Shown: positions 53,109 through 62,630 of the stretch, piece by piece
Layout: the number at the start of each line of letters is the position of its first letter
How positions within the stretch are numbered: position 1 is the stretch's first letter
From: an uncultured Rickettsiales bacterium
GTDB taxonomy: Bacteria > Pseudomonadota > Alphaproteobacteria > RF32 > CAG-239
Length of the DNA stretch: 64,000 nucleotides
Direction: 5' to 3'
Assembly: GCA_900551865.1 (NCBI GenBank)
Contig: URXV01000001.1
Span: 94,743 to 158,742 of the forward strand
Translations under genes and position numbers: made by a program
Notes under the pieces: model-generated
Told to the model about the DNA's origin: nothing
Database searches by the model: none
The model's input: the letters and a program-made list of their open reading frames with translations, nothing else

Positions 53109-54503
53109 ATGAGCGAATATGTTGAAGTCTTCCGGGTGGAAGCAAAATCTTTGTTAAAAAATTTCCGGAAAAATGAAAAAGAGGCAATTGCCAGATGCGA
53201 AAGGGTGTTTGGCGATAGGCGCGATTTGTCGTTGATGAATATGCAGCACGTTGTCGCCAAAGAGTACGGGTTTGACAGTTGGAACGAACTGGTCAAGGCA
53301 GAGCGCTGGCAGTTGGCGAAAGCTTTGACTGCGACGAAAAATAAAACACTGCATACGTCGCTTTATATCAGCGGGCACAAGGAGGCAAAGTATCCGTTTG
53401 CTGACGGGAAAAGTACCGTTGGGTTGAGACGGGAACGTGAAGGCGTGGATTTGGTCAATTTTCAAAGGATATATGCAAATGGTTCAACGTCTCCGTATTT
53501 GCCTTTGGATGCGATGGATTTGTCGCAGTATGATTTGTCAAAGCTTAATGTTTTGCGGGCGGATTATGACGACTATACGTTGTGGCCGGAAGAAGCAGCC
53601 AAGAGGCCGGAAGGTTTTGAACCGGCGGAATTTTTGGAAAAAAGGAAAAATCCCGGTTTGGGGATAAGGGCGCTGCATAAGCAGGGAATTGACGGCAGAA
53701 ATCGGGCTGCGGCGGTGATTGATGGTTTTTTGCTATGTGACCATTTGGAATATCATGACAATTTGAAGTGGTATGAACGGGTGGATTCCGGTGAATCACG
53801 GTATGGAAATGCTGGCGGGGAACTTGTTTCTGCATTGGCCGGGAAAACGTGCGGCGTGGTGCCGAAAGCAGACATATATTATTTTTCAGCTTTGCAGACG
53901 GAAAACAAGCAGCGGACGCAGCGGTATTATGCGCAAGCTCTGGAAAAAATATGTGATTTGCACGAAGAACGGCGGAAAGAGGGCAAAAACGGCATTGACG
54001 TCGTATGCATTTTGTGGGGCATAACGAGCGAGTTGTTTCAAAATGATGACGGAGCGGCGGAGATGCGGACAGCCATAAAACGGGCAGCGGATTTGGAAAT
54101 CTGGGTTAACTCCGGGCATCCGGATTTTGCCGGAAATGAGCTGTGGCGTGAAAGCCGGGTATGTTGCAAGGCAGACGGAGATTTGGATAATCCTGACGAT
54201 TATACGGTTATGTTGCATGAATTAGATATGGCAAAGTTTCCGGAGCTGACAAGGAATACGTTGTGTTTTCCGGGTGGCGGAAGAACGGTTGCCGGTTCTG
54301 TCCGGTTGGATGCCTATCGTTTTTCGGCACCGGGATTTTCGCTTAAGCCTTATGAATGCGGTTTGTTTGTGCTGGCGCGGAGCGTCAAGCCGGATTTGAC
54401 GGCGGAAGAATTCTGGCGTGTCGGGCTGGAGACCGGCGATTTTCGTGACGGTATCGGCGTGATTGTCAATCCGCGGCGGCTGATTGCGGCGCTGCGGGGT
54501 TAA
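53109..54503 (+). CDS. Hypothetical protein (weak subtilase-like Asp-box, catalytic His apparently absent)
   Basis: AAAVIDGFLLCDHLEYHDNL resembles the S8 AVIDTG...HPDL region, but no clear HGTH or GTSxA motifs follow. 464 aa. Confidence 0.45.
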   Translation: MSEYVEVFRVEAKSLLKNFRKNEKEAIARCERVFGDRRDLSLMNMQHVVAKEYGFDSWNELVKAERWQLAKALTATKNKTLHTSLYISGHKEAKYPFADGKSTVGLRREREGVDLVNFQRIYANGSTSPYLPLDAMDLSQYDLSKLNVLRADYDDYTLWPEEAAKRPEGFEPAEFLEKRKNPGLGIRALHKQGIDGRNRAAAVIDGFLLCDHLEYHDNLKWYERVDSGESRYGNAGGELVSALAGKTCGVVPKADIYYFSALQTENKQRTQRYYAQALEKICDLHEERRKEGKNGIDVVCILWGITSELFQNDDGAAEMRTAIKRAADLEIWVNSGHPDFAGNELWRESRVCCKADGDLDNPDDYTVMLHELDMAKFPELTRNTLCFPGGGRTVAGSVRLDAYRFSAPGFSLKPYECGLFVLARSVKPDLTAEEFWRVGLETGDFRDGIGVIVNPRRLIAALRG

Positions 54504-54555
54504 TATGGGCGGGAGAGGCGCAAAACCTCTCCCAGATTTGCGGAGATTTGACGAA

Positions 54556-55035
54556 ATGAATAAAAATGTAGAAATTTTGATTGCAGCGGCGGAAGATGCG
54601 GGAGATATCGCGCGGCTGTCGTATCAGGTCGGGAAAATGCACGACGAGGCATTGCCGGATTATTTTAAGCCGACGACGGAAGCGGAACATCTGGAGATTG
54701 TCCGCAAAATGGCGGCGGATGACAAAACGGTTTTGCTTAAGGCGGTTTGCGAGGGGAAAATTTGCGGCTTTATCTGCCTTTTTATGCAGGAAACGCCGCG
54801 AAAAGGATATGTACATTCAAAAATCGGCTATATTTATAATTTCGGCGTTGATGAGATGTGCCGGGGGCAGGGAGTTGGTTCACTTTTGTTGAAAAAAGCG
54901 GAAGTTTTTTTGCGAGACAGGGGCGTTGAAGCAATAGAGTTGAGCGTGTTCTGTTTTAACCGGCGGGCTATCGGATTTTATGAGCGAAACGGTTATCAGG
55001 CTTTAGAGGTAAATCTGCATAAGGTTTTGCAGTAA
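54556..55035 (+). CDS. GNAT family N-acetyltransferase
   Basis: RGQGVGSLLLKKAE...FYERNGY contains the acetyl-CoA binding motifs. Confidence 0.8.
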   Translation: MNKNVEILIAAAEDAGDIARLSYQVGKMHDEALPDYFKPTTEAEHLEIVRKMAADDKTVLLKAVCEGKICGFICLFMQETPRKGYVHSKIGYIYNFGVDEMCRGQGVGSLLLKKAEVFLRDRGVEAIELSVFCFNRRAIGFYERNGYQALEVNLHKVLQ

Positions 55036-55121
55036 CGAGGAAAAGCGGCAGCGTAAATTCGGGTAAAAAATTGGCGATATAATTCGGTTGAAGTTGTTAT
55101 TGTTTGTGGAGGTAAAAATAG

Positions 55122-55805
55122 ATGTCCGGGATTGTGGAAAAGGCTTTAACATTTGCAAGGGAATGCCACAGTGGCGATAATTCCGGACATGATTTTGAGC
55201 ATATCCGGCGGGTTTTGGCCAATGCAGAGAAGATAGCGGCGGAAACGCCGGAGGCTGACGCTGAGGTTGTACGGTTGGCGGCGGTTTTGCATGACATTGA
55301 CGATTATAAGCTGCATAACGGAGGAGCAAGGGCGGAGCTTTTTCTGCGGGAAGCCGGCGCGGCGGACGAAGTGCGGGAAAAGGTTCTGGCGGTTATAGAA
55401 GCAATCGGCTTTTCCAAATCGGGGAGCAAGCCGCGTTTTACGATGATTGAACAGGCGGTGGTTTCCGACGCGGACAAGCTGGATGCGATGGGAGCGGTCG
55501 GCGTATGCCGGACGGTTATGTATTCGGCGGCGACGGGACGGGAATTGTTTAATGAGAGGGAATTTCCGAAAGAAAACCTGACGGCGGCGGAATATAAGGA
55601 CAAGAACCGCTCTGGCAACCATTCCGTAAACCATTTTTTCGATAAGTTGCTGAAACTTAAGGGAGCAATGCAGACGGTGGCAGGAAGATGCGAGGCGGAA
55701 CGGCGCCACGAGTTTATGGTGATGTTTTTACAGGAGTTTTTTGACGAGGTGCGGGCGCCGGAATGGCGGGCGTATCTGGGTGATTACCTGAAACGCGCGG
55801 AGTAG
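55122..55805 (+). CDS. HD-domain phosphohydrolase
   Basis: H...HD signature: HDFEHIRRV...AVLHDIDD...DADKLDAMG. Confidence 0.8.
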   Translation: MSGIVEKALTFARECHSGDNSGHDFEHIRRVLANAEKIAAETPEADAEVVRLAAVLHDIDDYKLHNGGARAELFLREAGAADEVREKVLAVIEAIGFSKSGSKPRFTMIEQAVVSDADKLDAMGAVGVCRTVMYSAATGRELFNEREFPKENLTAAEYKDKNRSGNHSVNHFFDKLLKLKGAMQTVAGRCEAERRHEFMVMFLQEFFDEVRAPEWRAYLGDYLKRAE

Positions 55806-56102
55806 CGGCAAGGCGGGGATGAGGCAGGGGAAGCGAGAGGGGGATACCGGGGATTTACGGAGCCGACGATGTTGACGGTGTTTGCGAAAGCGGCAGAATC
55901 TTTTAAACGAATCGGGGTTGACTAGAGGTGAAAAATATGGTATACTTCTCTTGTTTACCATATTATTGTTCCTATAGATTTGAATACCGTTCTTTAGAGC
56001 TCATTGCTTTGGGGAAGGTTCGGGTTTTGGCGCTTTAATTTGGTGAGCCGTTAAGGGGAAAATCTTCTTAATGTATTTCTTAAAATTTAATTTTTTTTAT
56101 TT

Positions 56103-57698
56103 ATGAGAACAAACATTTTTTTGCAGCTGTTTGCTGCAATTGTGAGAAATTTTTTCCCGGGTTGGGCAGTAAGGCATTTTACCTGTAAAGGGAATCCGAA
56201 CGTCAGGCTGTATCTTCCCAGAAGTGTTGAAAAACAGCTTCGTCTGATTGACAAACTGAAGTTTGACACGGATGAACTCCGCGAACGCGAATGGTGGACA
56301 GAAACAAAGGTGGTTCTTCTTCTCAAGGGGAATTACAGTTTGCTGCCTGAAATCAGGACTGAGCAGGAGTTTGAAGCTATCGTGGACTCGGCGGATGTTG
56401 AGCGTGTAGCGCAGGCGATGAAGTATTATACGCCAAACAAGGCGGGTATGCTTCGTCTGCTGAACCGATACGGGTTGGAAACGGTGGAGTTGATTAAGGC
56501 TGTGCCGTCGGCTTTTGATTCTCTGATGCCGTGGGAAGTCCTTGGCGTCAGGGTGGATGAAGCCGCTTCCGTTGACGACAAACGCTGGGCATTGGCTGAG
56601 GCTCTGGTTTCTGCGAAATCTTCCTGGGCGCCCAAGTTTATGTTGGAGCTGCGCAAGATTGTTCCGCAACAGTTGAGCGAAATCGAAAAAGGGCGTTTTG
56701 AGCACTTTTTCAATCGGGCTTTTGACGCCAGAGAAGACATCTCGGAGTTAATGCCGTATATGGCGGTGTTCTTTTCGGAGTTGTACGCCAAAGTGCGGGA
56801 AAATTATTACAGGTACGATGATTTTTCACCGTATTTTCGTATGATGTTTCCGCAGCGGCGCAAATACCTGAGAGGCCATAATGAGGTGAAAGACCTGCGT
56901 GTGGCAGCAGTATCAGGCCAGTTGGAAGACTGGGCGGATGCCTATGCGTGGTTATCAATCGGTGTCAGCCGGTTGGGTAACGCACGGGTTTACGGCTGTA
57001 TTCTGTCTTTTTTGACGCAGTTGAAAGAACTGCTGTCAACGGAGGCTTACATCCAGTTATTCGGCTTAATGGCTGATAATGTCAAATTGGCGCATGATGT
57101 TGAAATATTAATGAATTGCGGTGAGGAGGCATATCGGACAAAGCTTCGTGAGAAATTGGTCGAGTGCGGCACATCGACGTTTTTGCGGAATCAATTTCCG
57201 TTTGCGGGCTGGGATGAAAAGCTGGCGAAGGATGCGCTTGCCGTTCTGGCCAGCGGTGATATGATTCCGGTACAACGATTGAATGAGTTGACGCCGGTTT
57301 TGCAAAAAGCCGCGGCTGACATTATGGAAGCCAGAGCACAGATTGCGGCAGTTCGGGCAGATGCTTTTGCTGCCGTAGAGTACCATCTGTGCCCGGCGGC
57401 TGAAAGCGTGCTGTTTTCGCTGGATTTTCGCAGCCAGAAGTATAAACTTCTTTATATTGACAAATACAAAATTGCGGATATGACGTTTTTGTATATGCTG
57501 AATAAGGAGTTTAACTACGTTGAAGACAAGGGAAACCTGTATGAACTGGTCGGCGCTTATGCCCGTAAGTGGGGTTTGACCCGTGAGCAGTATCTGGCTA
57601 TTTTACAAAGCAAAATCAAAGAGAATGCACTTTCTCTTAAAAGCTTTGTAAAAGACGAGGAACCGGAACGTGGCGTCGGCGGCGAGAGTACGCTGTAA
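56103..57698 (+). CDS. Hypothetical protein, likely all-alpha
   Basis: 531 aa with no recognisable motif and a weak RBS, so the start is uncertain. Confidence 0.45.
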   Translation: MRTNIFLQLFAAIVRNFFPGWAVRHFTCKGNPNVRLYLPRSVEKQLRLIDKLKFDTDELREREWWTETKVVLLLKGNYSLLPEIRTEQEFEAIVDSADVERVAQAMKYYTPNKAGMLRLLNRYGLETVELIKAVPSAFDSLMPWEVLGVRVDEAASVDDKRWALAEALVSAKSSWAPKFMLELRKIVPQQLSEIEKGRFEHFFNRAFDAREDISELMPYMAVFFSELYAKVRENYYRYDDFSPYFRMMFPQRRKYLRGHNEVKDLRVAAVSGQLEDWADAYAWLSIGVSRLGNARVYGCILSFLTQLKELLSTEAYIQLFGLMADNVKLAHDVEILMNCGEEAYRTKLREKLVECGTSTFLRNQFPFAGWDEKLAKDALAVLASGDMIPVQRLNELTPVLQKAAADIMEARAQIAAVRADAFAAVEYHLCPAAESVLFSLDFRSQKYKLLYIDKYKIADMTFLYMLNKEFNYVEDKGNLYELVGAYARKWGLTREQYLAILQSKIKENALSLKSFVKDEEPERGVGGESTL

Positions 57699-57881
57699 TG
57701 TATTCTGAACCGGGAACGGTATATGATAAGGGATGACGAAAGTCGTCCCTTTTTTGTGTGTCGGGAAAAGGCAATTCGTAATTTTTCCTTTTAAATAAAA
57801 TATTTATTGATTTATTCAATTTTTAGTATAAGATGTAATAGATATGTTAATTTTTTTAGAATTTATTCTAGAGGAGGAGAT

Positions 57882-58115
57882 ATGTTAGACAGGTCAGACT
57901 TATTAGATGCAAAGCATTTAAGGCGGCGCAGTATGTTTTATTACCAGTCAATCCGACCCTGTGTGTATAAAGAGAGCACATTCGGCCATAATTGCGGAAC
58001 GGATATGTATTTTGTGGAGCAGCGGGCATTGCGCAGCGGTTATCGTAATTCGCGTGCCGGCGTTGTCGACGGGACAGTCGGCAGAATGACTGCCCTGCCT
58101 CCGATTTACTGGTGA
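57882..58115 (+). CDS. Small ORF (77 aa) with consensus RBS, candidate exported peptide or regulatory leader peptide
   Basis: GAGGAGGAG lies 5 nt upstream of ATG in an AT-rich promoter-like region. The ORF is followed at once by a terminator. It has two Cys. Confidence 0.35.
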   Translation: MLDRSDLLDAKHLRRRSMFYYQSIRPCVYKESTFGHNCGTDMYFVEQRALRSGYRNSRAGVVDGTVGRMTALPPIYW

Positions 58116-58120
58116 TTTTT

Positions 58121-58144
58121 GCGGCGTCGGCGCCGTTTTTTTTG
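58121..58144 (+). terminator. Rho-independent terminator after the small ORF
   Basis: CGGCG-TCGG-CGCCG followed by TTTTTTTTT. Confidence 0.6.
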
Positions 58145-58170
58145 TATTATCTCCGTAAACAAGCAATGAA

Positions 58171-58240
58171 CCGAAAAAAAAGCCGTATTAACTATGATAA
58201 ATATGACCCGAAAAAACGTATTAACTATGGTAAATATTGG
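58171..58240 (+). repeat. Two tandem 33-bp direct repeats upstream of an ABC exporter gene
   Basis: CCGAAAAAA(AG)CCGTATTAACTATG(A/G)TAAATAT occurs twice with 33-nt phasing. Confidence 0.5.
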
Positions 58241-58376
58241 CGGGGCTGTATGGGCACGGTGCGGTTTTTGAATCCGGGAAGTGCCTGGTACGGCGTGCTT
58301 TCGGCGTAAAGATTTATGCTGGACACCGTGCAAATTTTATGGTATCATTTTCATATGGGAAAACGGAGATTTGGCA

Positions 58377-60647
58377 ATGGCGAAAGAAAAAGACAATAAA
58401 ATTCCCAATTTTGCGGAGTATGAACGGAAACGGCTGCTGGAACTGGCCGGACAAGCGCGCAAAGCAGTACTGGAACTGAAAAAAACTAAAGAGTCCGGGA
58501 ACAGGACAGATGGAGACGGCGGCGGCATTTTGAGTGGTGCGGAAGGGAAGGCCAAAGAACAGGGAACGCTTAAAACGGTATGGGGCGTTTTTCAGGAAGC
58601 CTGGCACAAAACCGGAAAGGATTTCAAGAAGTCTGTCGGATTTAAGATGGGAGAGTCGGTTTTTGCCGGGTTAAACCCTTATTGTCAGAACTTGCTGTTC
58701 GGTTCGCTGCCGGGACTTGTCAATGGTGCGGGCGGCGCGGCGGCAAAGTTTTTTGGCGCTGCGATTTTGGAGATTACCCGCAAAAGGCTGTCTAACTTTT
58801 GCCGGTTTAAGGCAAAAATGGCGTCAATTGTTTTGAACGATACGCACGCCAATGCCGCGTCGAGTTCCATTTATGAAGATATTTTGCATAAACCGCGTCC
58901 GTATTTTAAAGACAATGCTCCGGCGGCGTTAGGCGGGATTACCGGGGAAATTGCTTCGGCGAAGAATACGCTTTTGAATACGTCGGTTGAGTGTTTGTCA
59001 AAAGCCGTCATATTCGGTATCAGCTCCGCCAGCCTGTTGGCCGTGGATCCGATGCTGGCGGCGGGCGTTCTCGGCGTAACGGCGGTGACTGCGGAATTCG
59101 GCGGGTTTATGAATAACGCTTACCGGAAATTAAACAGCAAAATGCGTTCGTTTGGCAACCGTATCAGGAAAGATAACAGCGATTCAATAAAAAATACGCC
59201 GCTGGTTCAGGATACGAACCGGGTTGAGGAGGAAACGCGGCTGATGCGCAGCAGGCTTGACCATTCATCGGGGATTACGCAGAAAATCACTTATGAAAAG
59301 AGCAAGGCGTATCTGAAAATGCAGACGGCAATCAGTATCGGAATGGAGGGGCTGATTATGGCGGCGGCGTTTGCCGATGTGGTTAAGACCGGGGATATCG
59401 GGCGGTTTGCCCTTATCAGCTCGGCATCTTGGCAAATGATGATGTCGGGCAGTATGCTTTCAGAGTTGTGGAACGAAATGCAGGCCGGAACGCACCGCTT
59501 GATTGACGCTTCCAAAAAGCTGATTACGCCGAAGGAACTGGAACGCGTTACAGGCAATGAAAAACTGTCGGAACGAGATACCAAAATCAGCGTGCAGAAT
59601 GTCAGTTTTGCGTATCCGCTGATTAAGGACGTTACGGATATGAGCCTGGTTGAGGCAATGGACAGAGACGGTGAAATCAGGCGGACGGAGAATGTCCTCA
59701 AAAATATGAGCGTTGAATTTGACAAAGGCGGTTTGACGGCAGTGGTCGGAACTTCCGGCAACGGAAAATCAACGCTGATGAGCCTGATACGGCATGATTA
59801 TGACGTGCAGGAGGGGAAAATATTTATCGGCGACAAGGAAATACGCGAACTTTCCGACCGGGAGTTGAACGCGCAGATAACGTTTGTTGACCAGAAAGTT
59901 CACTTTTTTGACGATACGGTGGGATATAACCTTAAATATTTTAAGCCCGGAGCGACGGAAGAAGAGCTGATGGAAGCCTGCCGCAAAGCCGGTTTTGACA
60001 GGGATGTTGAAAAGTTTAAAGACGGGCTCTCGCATAGAATCGGACAAGACGGCGCCAAACTTTCGGGCGGGCAGCAGCAGCGTCTGGCTTTGGCGCGCGC
60101 TTTTCTGACGGACAAGCCGATTGTTATTATGGACGAACCGACGACGGGGCTTGACGGGCAGCTCAGCCTGAAAGTTATGAAAGCGCTTAAGGAGATGGCA
60201 AAGGAAAAAACGGTCATTATGGTTACGCATAATCCGGCGGAAGTCGCCCTTTCCGACCGGGTGGTCGTGGTGGAAAAAGGGGAAATCTCAGCGGACGGGA
60301 AGCCGCAGGATTTGATAAAATCAAATGAGTTTCTGCGTTCGTTCCTGACCAAAGACGACATTAAGACGAAGCGACAGTTGTATAATGTCAGCGTCAACGG
60401 CATCAATCCGAAGAAAGAGGCGGCGGAACTTTTGAATCAGGAAGCCGACGGCAGAGTTTTGAGCGATGCGGAGCGGGCGGAGAAACGCAAGCTGTTGGAA
60501 GCGCATAAACGGGCGTATGTCGGCGTGCGCAAAAATGCGATTAAGAGCGAGCGTGCCAAGGCAGGAAAAACGTTGCCGGAGAAAAAAGAACGCCGGCCTT
60601 TGCAGCCGGTACCGGCCGTTCCGGTCAAAGGCGGGGCGGAGATGTGA
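58377..60647 (+). CDS. ABC exporter, fused TMD-NBD, with N- and C-terminal extensions
   Basis: Walker A GTSGNGKST, signature LSGGQQQRL, Walker B VIMDEPTTGLD. The hydrophobic Ala/Gly-rich TMD is preceded by a charged segment of about 100 aa and followed by a Lys/Glu-rich tail of about 110 aa. Confidence 0.8.
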   Translation: MAKEKDNKIPNFAEYERKRLLELAGQARKAVLELKKTKESGNRTDGDGGGILSGAEGKAKEQGTLKTVWGVFQEAWHKTGKDFKKSVGFKMGESVFAGLNPYCQNLLFGSLPGLVNGAGGAAAKFFGAAILEITRKRLSNFCRFKAKMASIVLNDTHANAASSSIYEDILHKPRPYFKDNAPAALGGITGEIASAKNTLLNTSVECLSKAVIFGISSASLLAVDPMLAAGVLGVTAVTAEFGGFMNNAYRKLNSKMRSFGNRIRKDNSDSIKNTPLVQDTNRVEEETRLMRSRLDHSSGITQKITYEKSKAYLKMQTAISIGMEGLIMAAAFADVVKTGDIGRFALISSASWQMMMSGSMLSELWNEMQAGTHRLIDASKKLITPKELERVTGNEKLSERDTKISVQNVSFAYPLIKDVTDMSLVEAMDRDGEIRRTENVLKNMSVEFDKGGLTAVVGTSGNGKSTLMSLIRHDYDVQEGKIFIGDKEIRELSDRELNAQITFVDQKVHFFDDTVGYNLKYFKPGATEEELMEACRKAGFDRDVEKFKDGLSHRIGQDGAKLSGGQQQRLALARAFLTDKPIVIMDEPTTGLDGQLSLKVMKALKEMAKEKTVIMVTHNPAEVALSDRVVVVEKGEISADGKPQDLIKSNEFLRSFLTKDDIKTKRQLYNVSVNGINPKKEAAELLNQEADGRVLSDAERAEKRKLLEAHKRAYVGVRKNAIKSERAKAGKTLPEKKERRPLQPVPAVPVKGGAEM

Positions 60648-60695
60648 TTTTTCACTGAATGGCCGCGTTTGGGGGCAAGAGACGTGATTTTGCGT

Positions 60696-62630
60696 TTATG
60701 CGGAAAATGCACCTGACGTTTGCAGATTGTAAAGGCGGCGGAAAAGGCCGCTTTTGTTTTTGAGGAGTTTTTGCGGGGTTCCGTCTTCAACGACGATGCC
60801 GTTGTCCAGAACGATAATCCGGTCCATACGGCGCAGGGTGGAGAGGCGGTGGGCGACGGCGATGACGGTTTTGTGCTGCATAATATTCTGTAAAGCCTGC
60901 TGAATTGCGGTTTCAGATTCGCTGTCAAGCGCCGAGGTGGCTTCGTCCAGAATGAGAACCGGCGCATTTTTAAGGAGCGCTGCGGCTATGGCTATGCGCT
61001 GGCGTTCGCCGCCGGAAAGCTTGACGCCGCGTTCGCCGACAATGCTGTCGTATCCCTGGGGAAGTTTCATAATCGTGTCGTGAATACAGGCGAGCCGGGC
61101 GGCGGCGCGGACTTCTTCATCAGTGGCTTTGGGGCGGGCGAAACGGATGTTTTCCGAGATTGAACGGTTAAACAAAGCCGGTTCCTGCGCGATGAGGGAA
61201 ATGTTTTGATGCAGTGAGAACAAGGTTACGCCGGCGATGTCCTGTCCGGCAATGAGAATTTTGCCGCTTTGCAAATCATAGGCGCGGAGCAGCAGGTTGA
61301 CGAGGGTTGATTTTCCGGCGCCGGAAAGGCCGACGATACCGATTTTTTCTCCGGCGGCAATGTTCAGGTTCAGATTGGAGAATAGCGGTTTGTCCGGCGT
61401 GTAGGAGAAAGCGGCGTTTTGGAAAGATATGGAAGGAGGCATAGGCCGGAGTGTGGGGGTGGTGGCCGGGACGGCGGCATCGGATGCGGAGAGGGGAGTG
61501 TTTGTTGCAGGAGCGGCGGTACCGGGTGCGGAGAGGGGAGTGTTTGTGGTTGGGACGGAGGTACTGGGTGCGGAGAGGGGAACGTTTGCGGCAGGAGCGG
61601 CAGTGTCGGATTTGTCCGCAGGAAAGCGTTTGAGGACAAGCCGGCGGGCGTTTGGGGCGTCGGTTATTTCAAGCGGTTTGTACAGGAGGCTGAGCGCGTC
61701 TTCTACAGCGCCAAGTTGTTTTTGGAACCGGATAACGTTATCTCCGAACATTTCACAGGGGGTGTGCAACAGATTGATATAAGTCAGGGTAATCAGCGTC
61801 TGGGTCAGATTCAAATCTTTTATCTGCCAGTAATAGATAAGGATTGACAGGGAGGTCAGCCGGAGCGCCAGCGCTATCGTGATATTATAGCTGTGGGAGA
61901 TGCCTATTTCCTTTCCCCTTTGAATGCAGCTGCGAACCCATTTATTGACGGCTTTGGCGAGGCAGACGCGTTCGTGCGGAAAGGCAGCGCAGTTTTTGAC
62001 CAGGCGGGCGTTGGCTATGCTGTCCACCATAATTCCGGAAACGGCGGATTCAAGCCTGGCGGCGTCGCGGGAAACCGGTTTGAGTTTTCGGCAATGGGTG
62101 TAGTCTATAATTGATACGGCGATGCAGAAAACGAGCAGAGTGAGCGCCAGCCCGCCGTTAATCTGAAACAGAATCGGGAAAGCCACGGCATAGGGCACGA
62201 TGACACCTTCCAGAAAACCTTTGAATCTCCAAACAATATCGCGCGTGCTGTTTTCCAGACTGAGGATTTTATCGGATACGGTTCCGGACATTTCGGCGGC
62301 AAAATAAGCGGGGGAATGTTTGTGCGTTTGCCGGAACAGGCTGACAAGGAGATTTTTTTTGAGCCGGATATCCATACGGTATTCAAAAAAGGTGCGAACG
62401 CCGTCGGCAATGTTTGAGCCAAAATGGAGCGCGGCGTAGACGGCAAGCCAGGACAGGGCGGCAGAAGAAAACGCCTGCCCGGGGTGCGTGCCGATATATC
62501 CGAACAAGGCGGCGATGCAGTAATTGTCCAGATAAATGAGAACGCGGGAAAGGGCAAAAAGCCCGTAAGTGGCAAGCGTATAGTATTTTATTTTCCACAG
62601 GCTGCGGAAGATGAATTTGGCGGCGGTCAT
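60696..62630 (-). CDS. ABC exporter permease/ATP-binding protein (MsbA-like) with Pro/Thr/Ala repeat insert
   Basis: 6-TM domain then NBD (GLSGAGKST, LSGGERQRI, LILDEATSALD). A 14-aa x3 repeat lies between TMD and NBD. Confidence 0.9.
   Translation of the reverse strand: MTAAKFIFRSLWKIKYYTLATYGLFALSRVLIYLDNYCIAALFGYIGTHPGQAFSSAALSWLAVYAALHFGSNIADGVRTFFEYRMDIRLKKNLLVSLFRQTHKHSPAYFAAEMSGTVSDKILSLENSTRDIVWRFKGFLEGVIVPYAVAFPILFQINGGLALTLLVFCIAVSIIDYTHCRKLKPVSRDAARLESAVSGIMVDSIANARLVKNCAAFPHERVCLAKAVNKWVRSCIQRGKEIGISHSYNITIALALRLTSLSILIYYWQIKDLNLTQTLITLTYINLLHTPCEMFGDNVIRFQKQLGAVEDALSLLYKPLEITDAPNARRLVLKRFPADKSDTAAPAANVPLSAPSTSVPTTNTPLSAPGTAAPATNTPLSASDAAVPATTPTLRPMPPSISFQNAAFSYTPDKPLFSNLNLNIAAGEKIGIVGLSGAGKSTLVNLLLRAYDLQSGKILIAGQDIAGVTLFSLHQNISLIAQEPALFNRSISENIRFARPKATDEEVRAAARLACIHDTIMKLPQGYDSIVGERGVKLSGGERQRIAIAAALLKNAPVLILDEATSALDSESETAIQQALQNIMQHKTVIAVAHRLSTLRRMDRIIVLDNGIVVEDGTPQKLLKNKSGLFRRLYNLQTSGAFSA
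61486..61611 (-). repeat. 42-nt tandem repeat x3 within the ABC exporter coding sequence
   Basis: GCGGAGAGGGGAGTGTTTGT... recurs at 61486, 61528 and 61570 and encodes ...TNTPLSAPGTAAPA... repeats. Confidence 0.7.

Noticed and set aside
41019-58240. Shared TTAACTAT core between the XRE palindrome and the direct repeats upstream of the ABC exporter
   Set aside because: An 8-mer match in 64 kb of partly AT-rich DNA is expected by chance. It is noted only as a weak possibility.
61419-61847. Gly/Arg-rich plus-strand ORFs (…GGGGRDGGIGCGEG…)
   Set aside because: They are the antisense image of the Pro/Thr-rich tandem repeat inside the ABC exporter gene.
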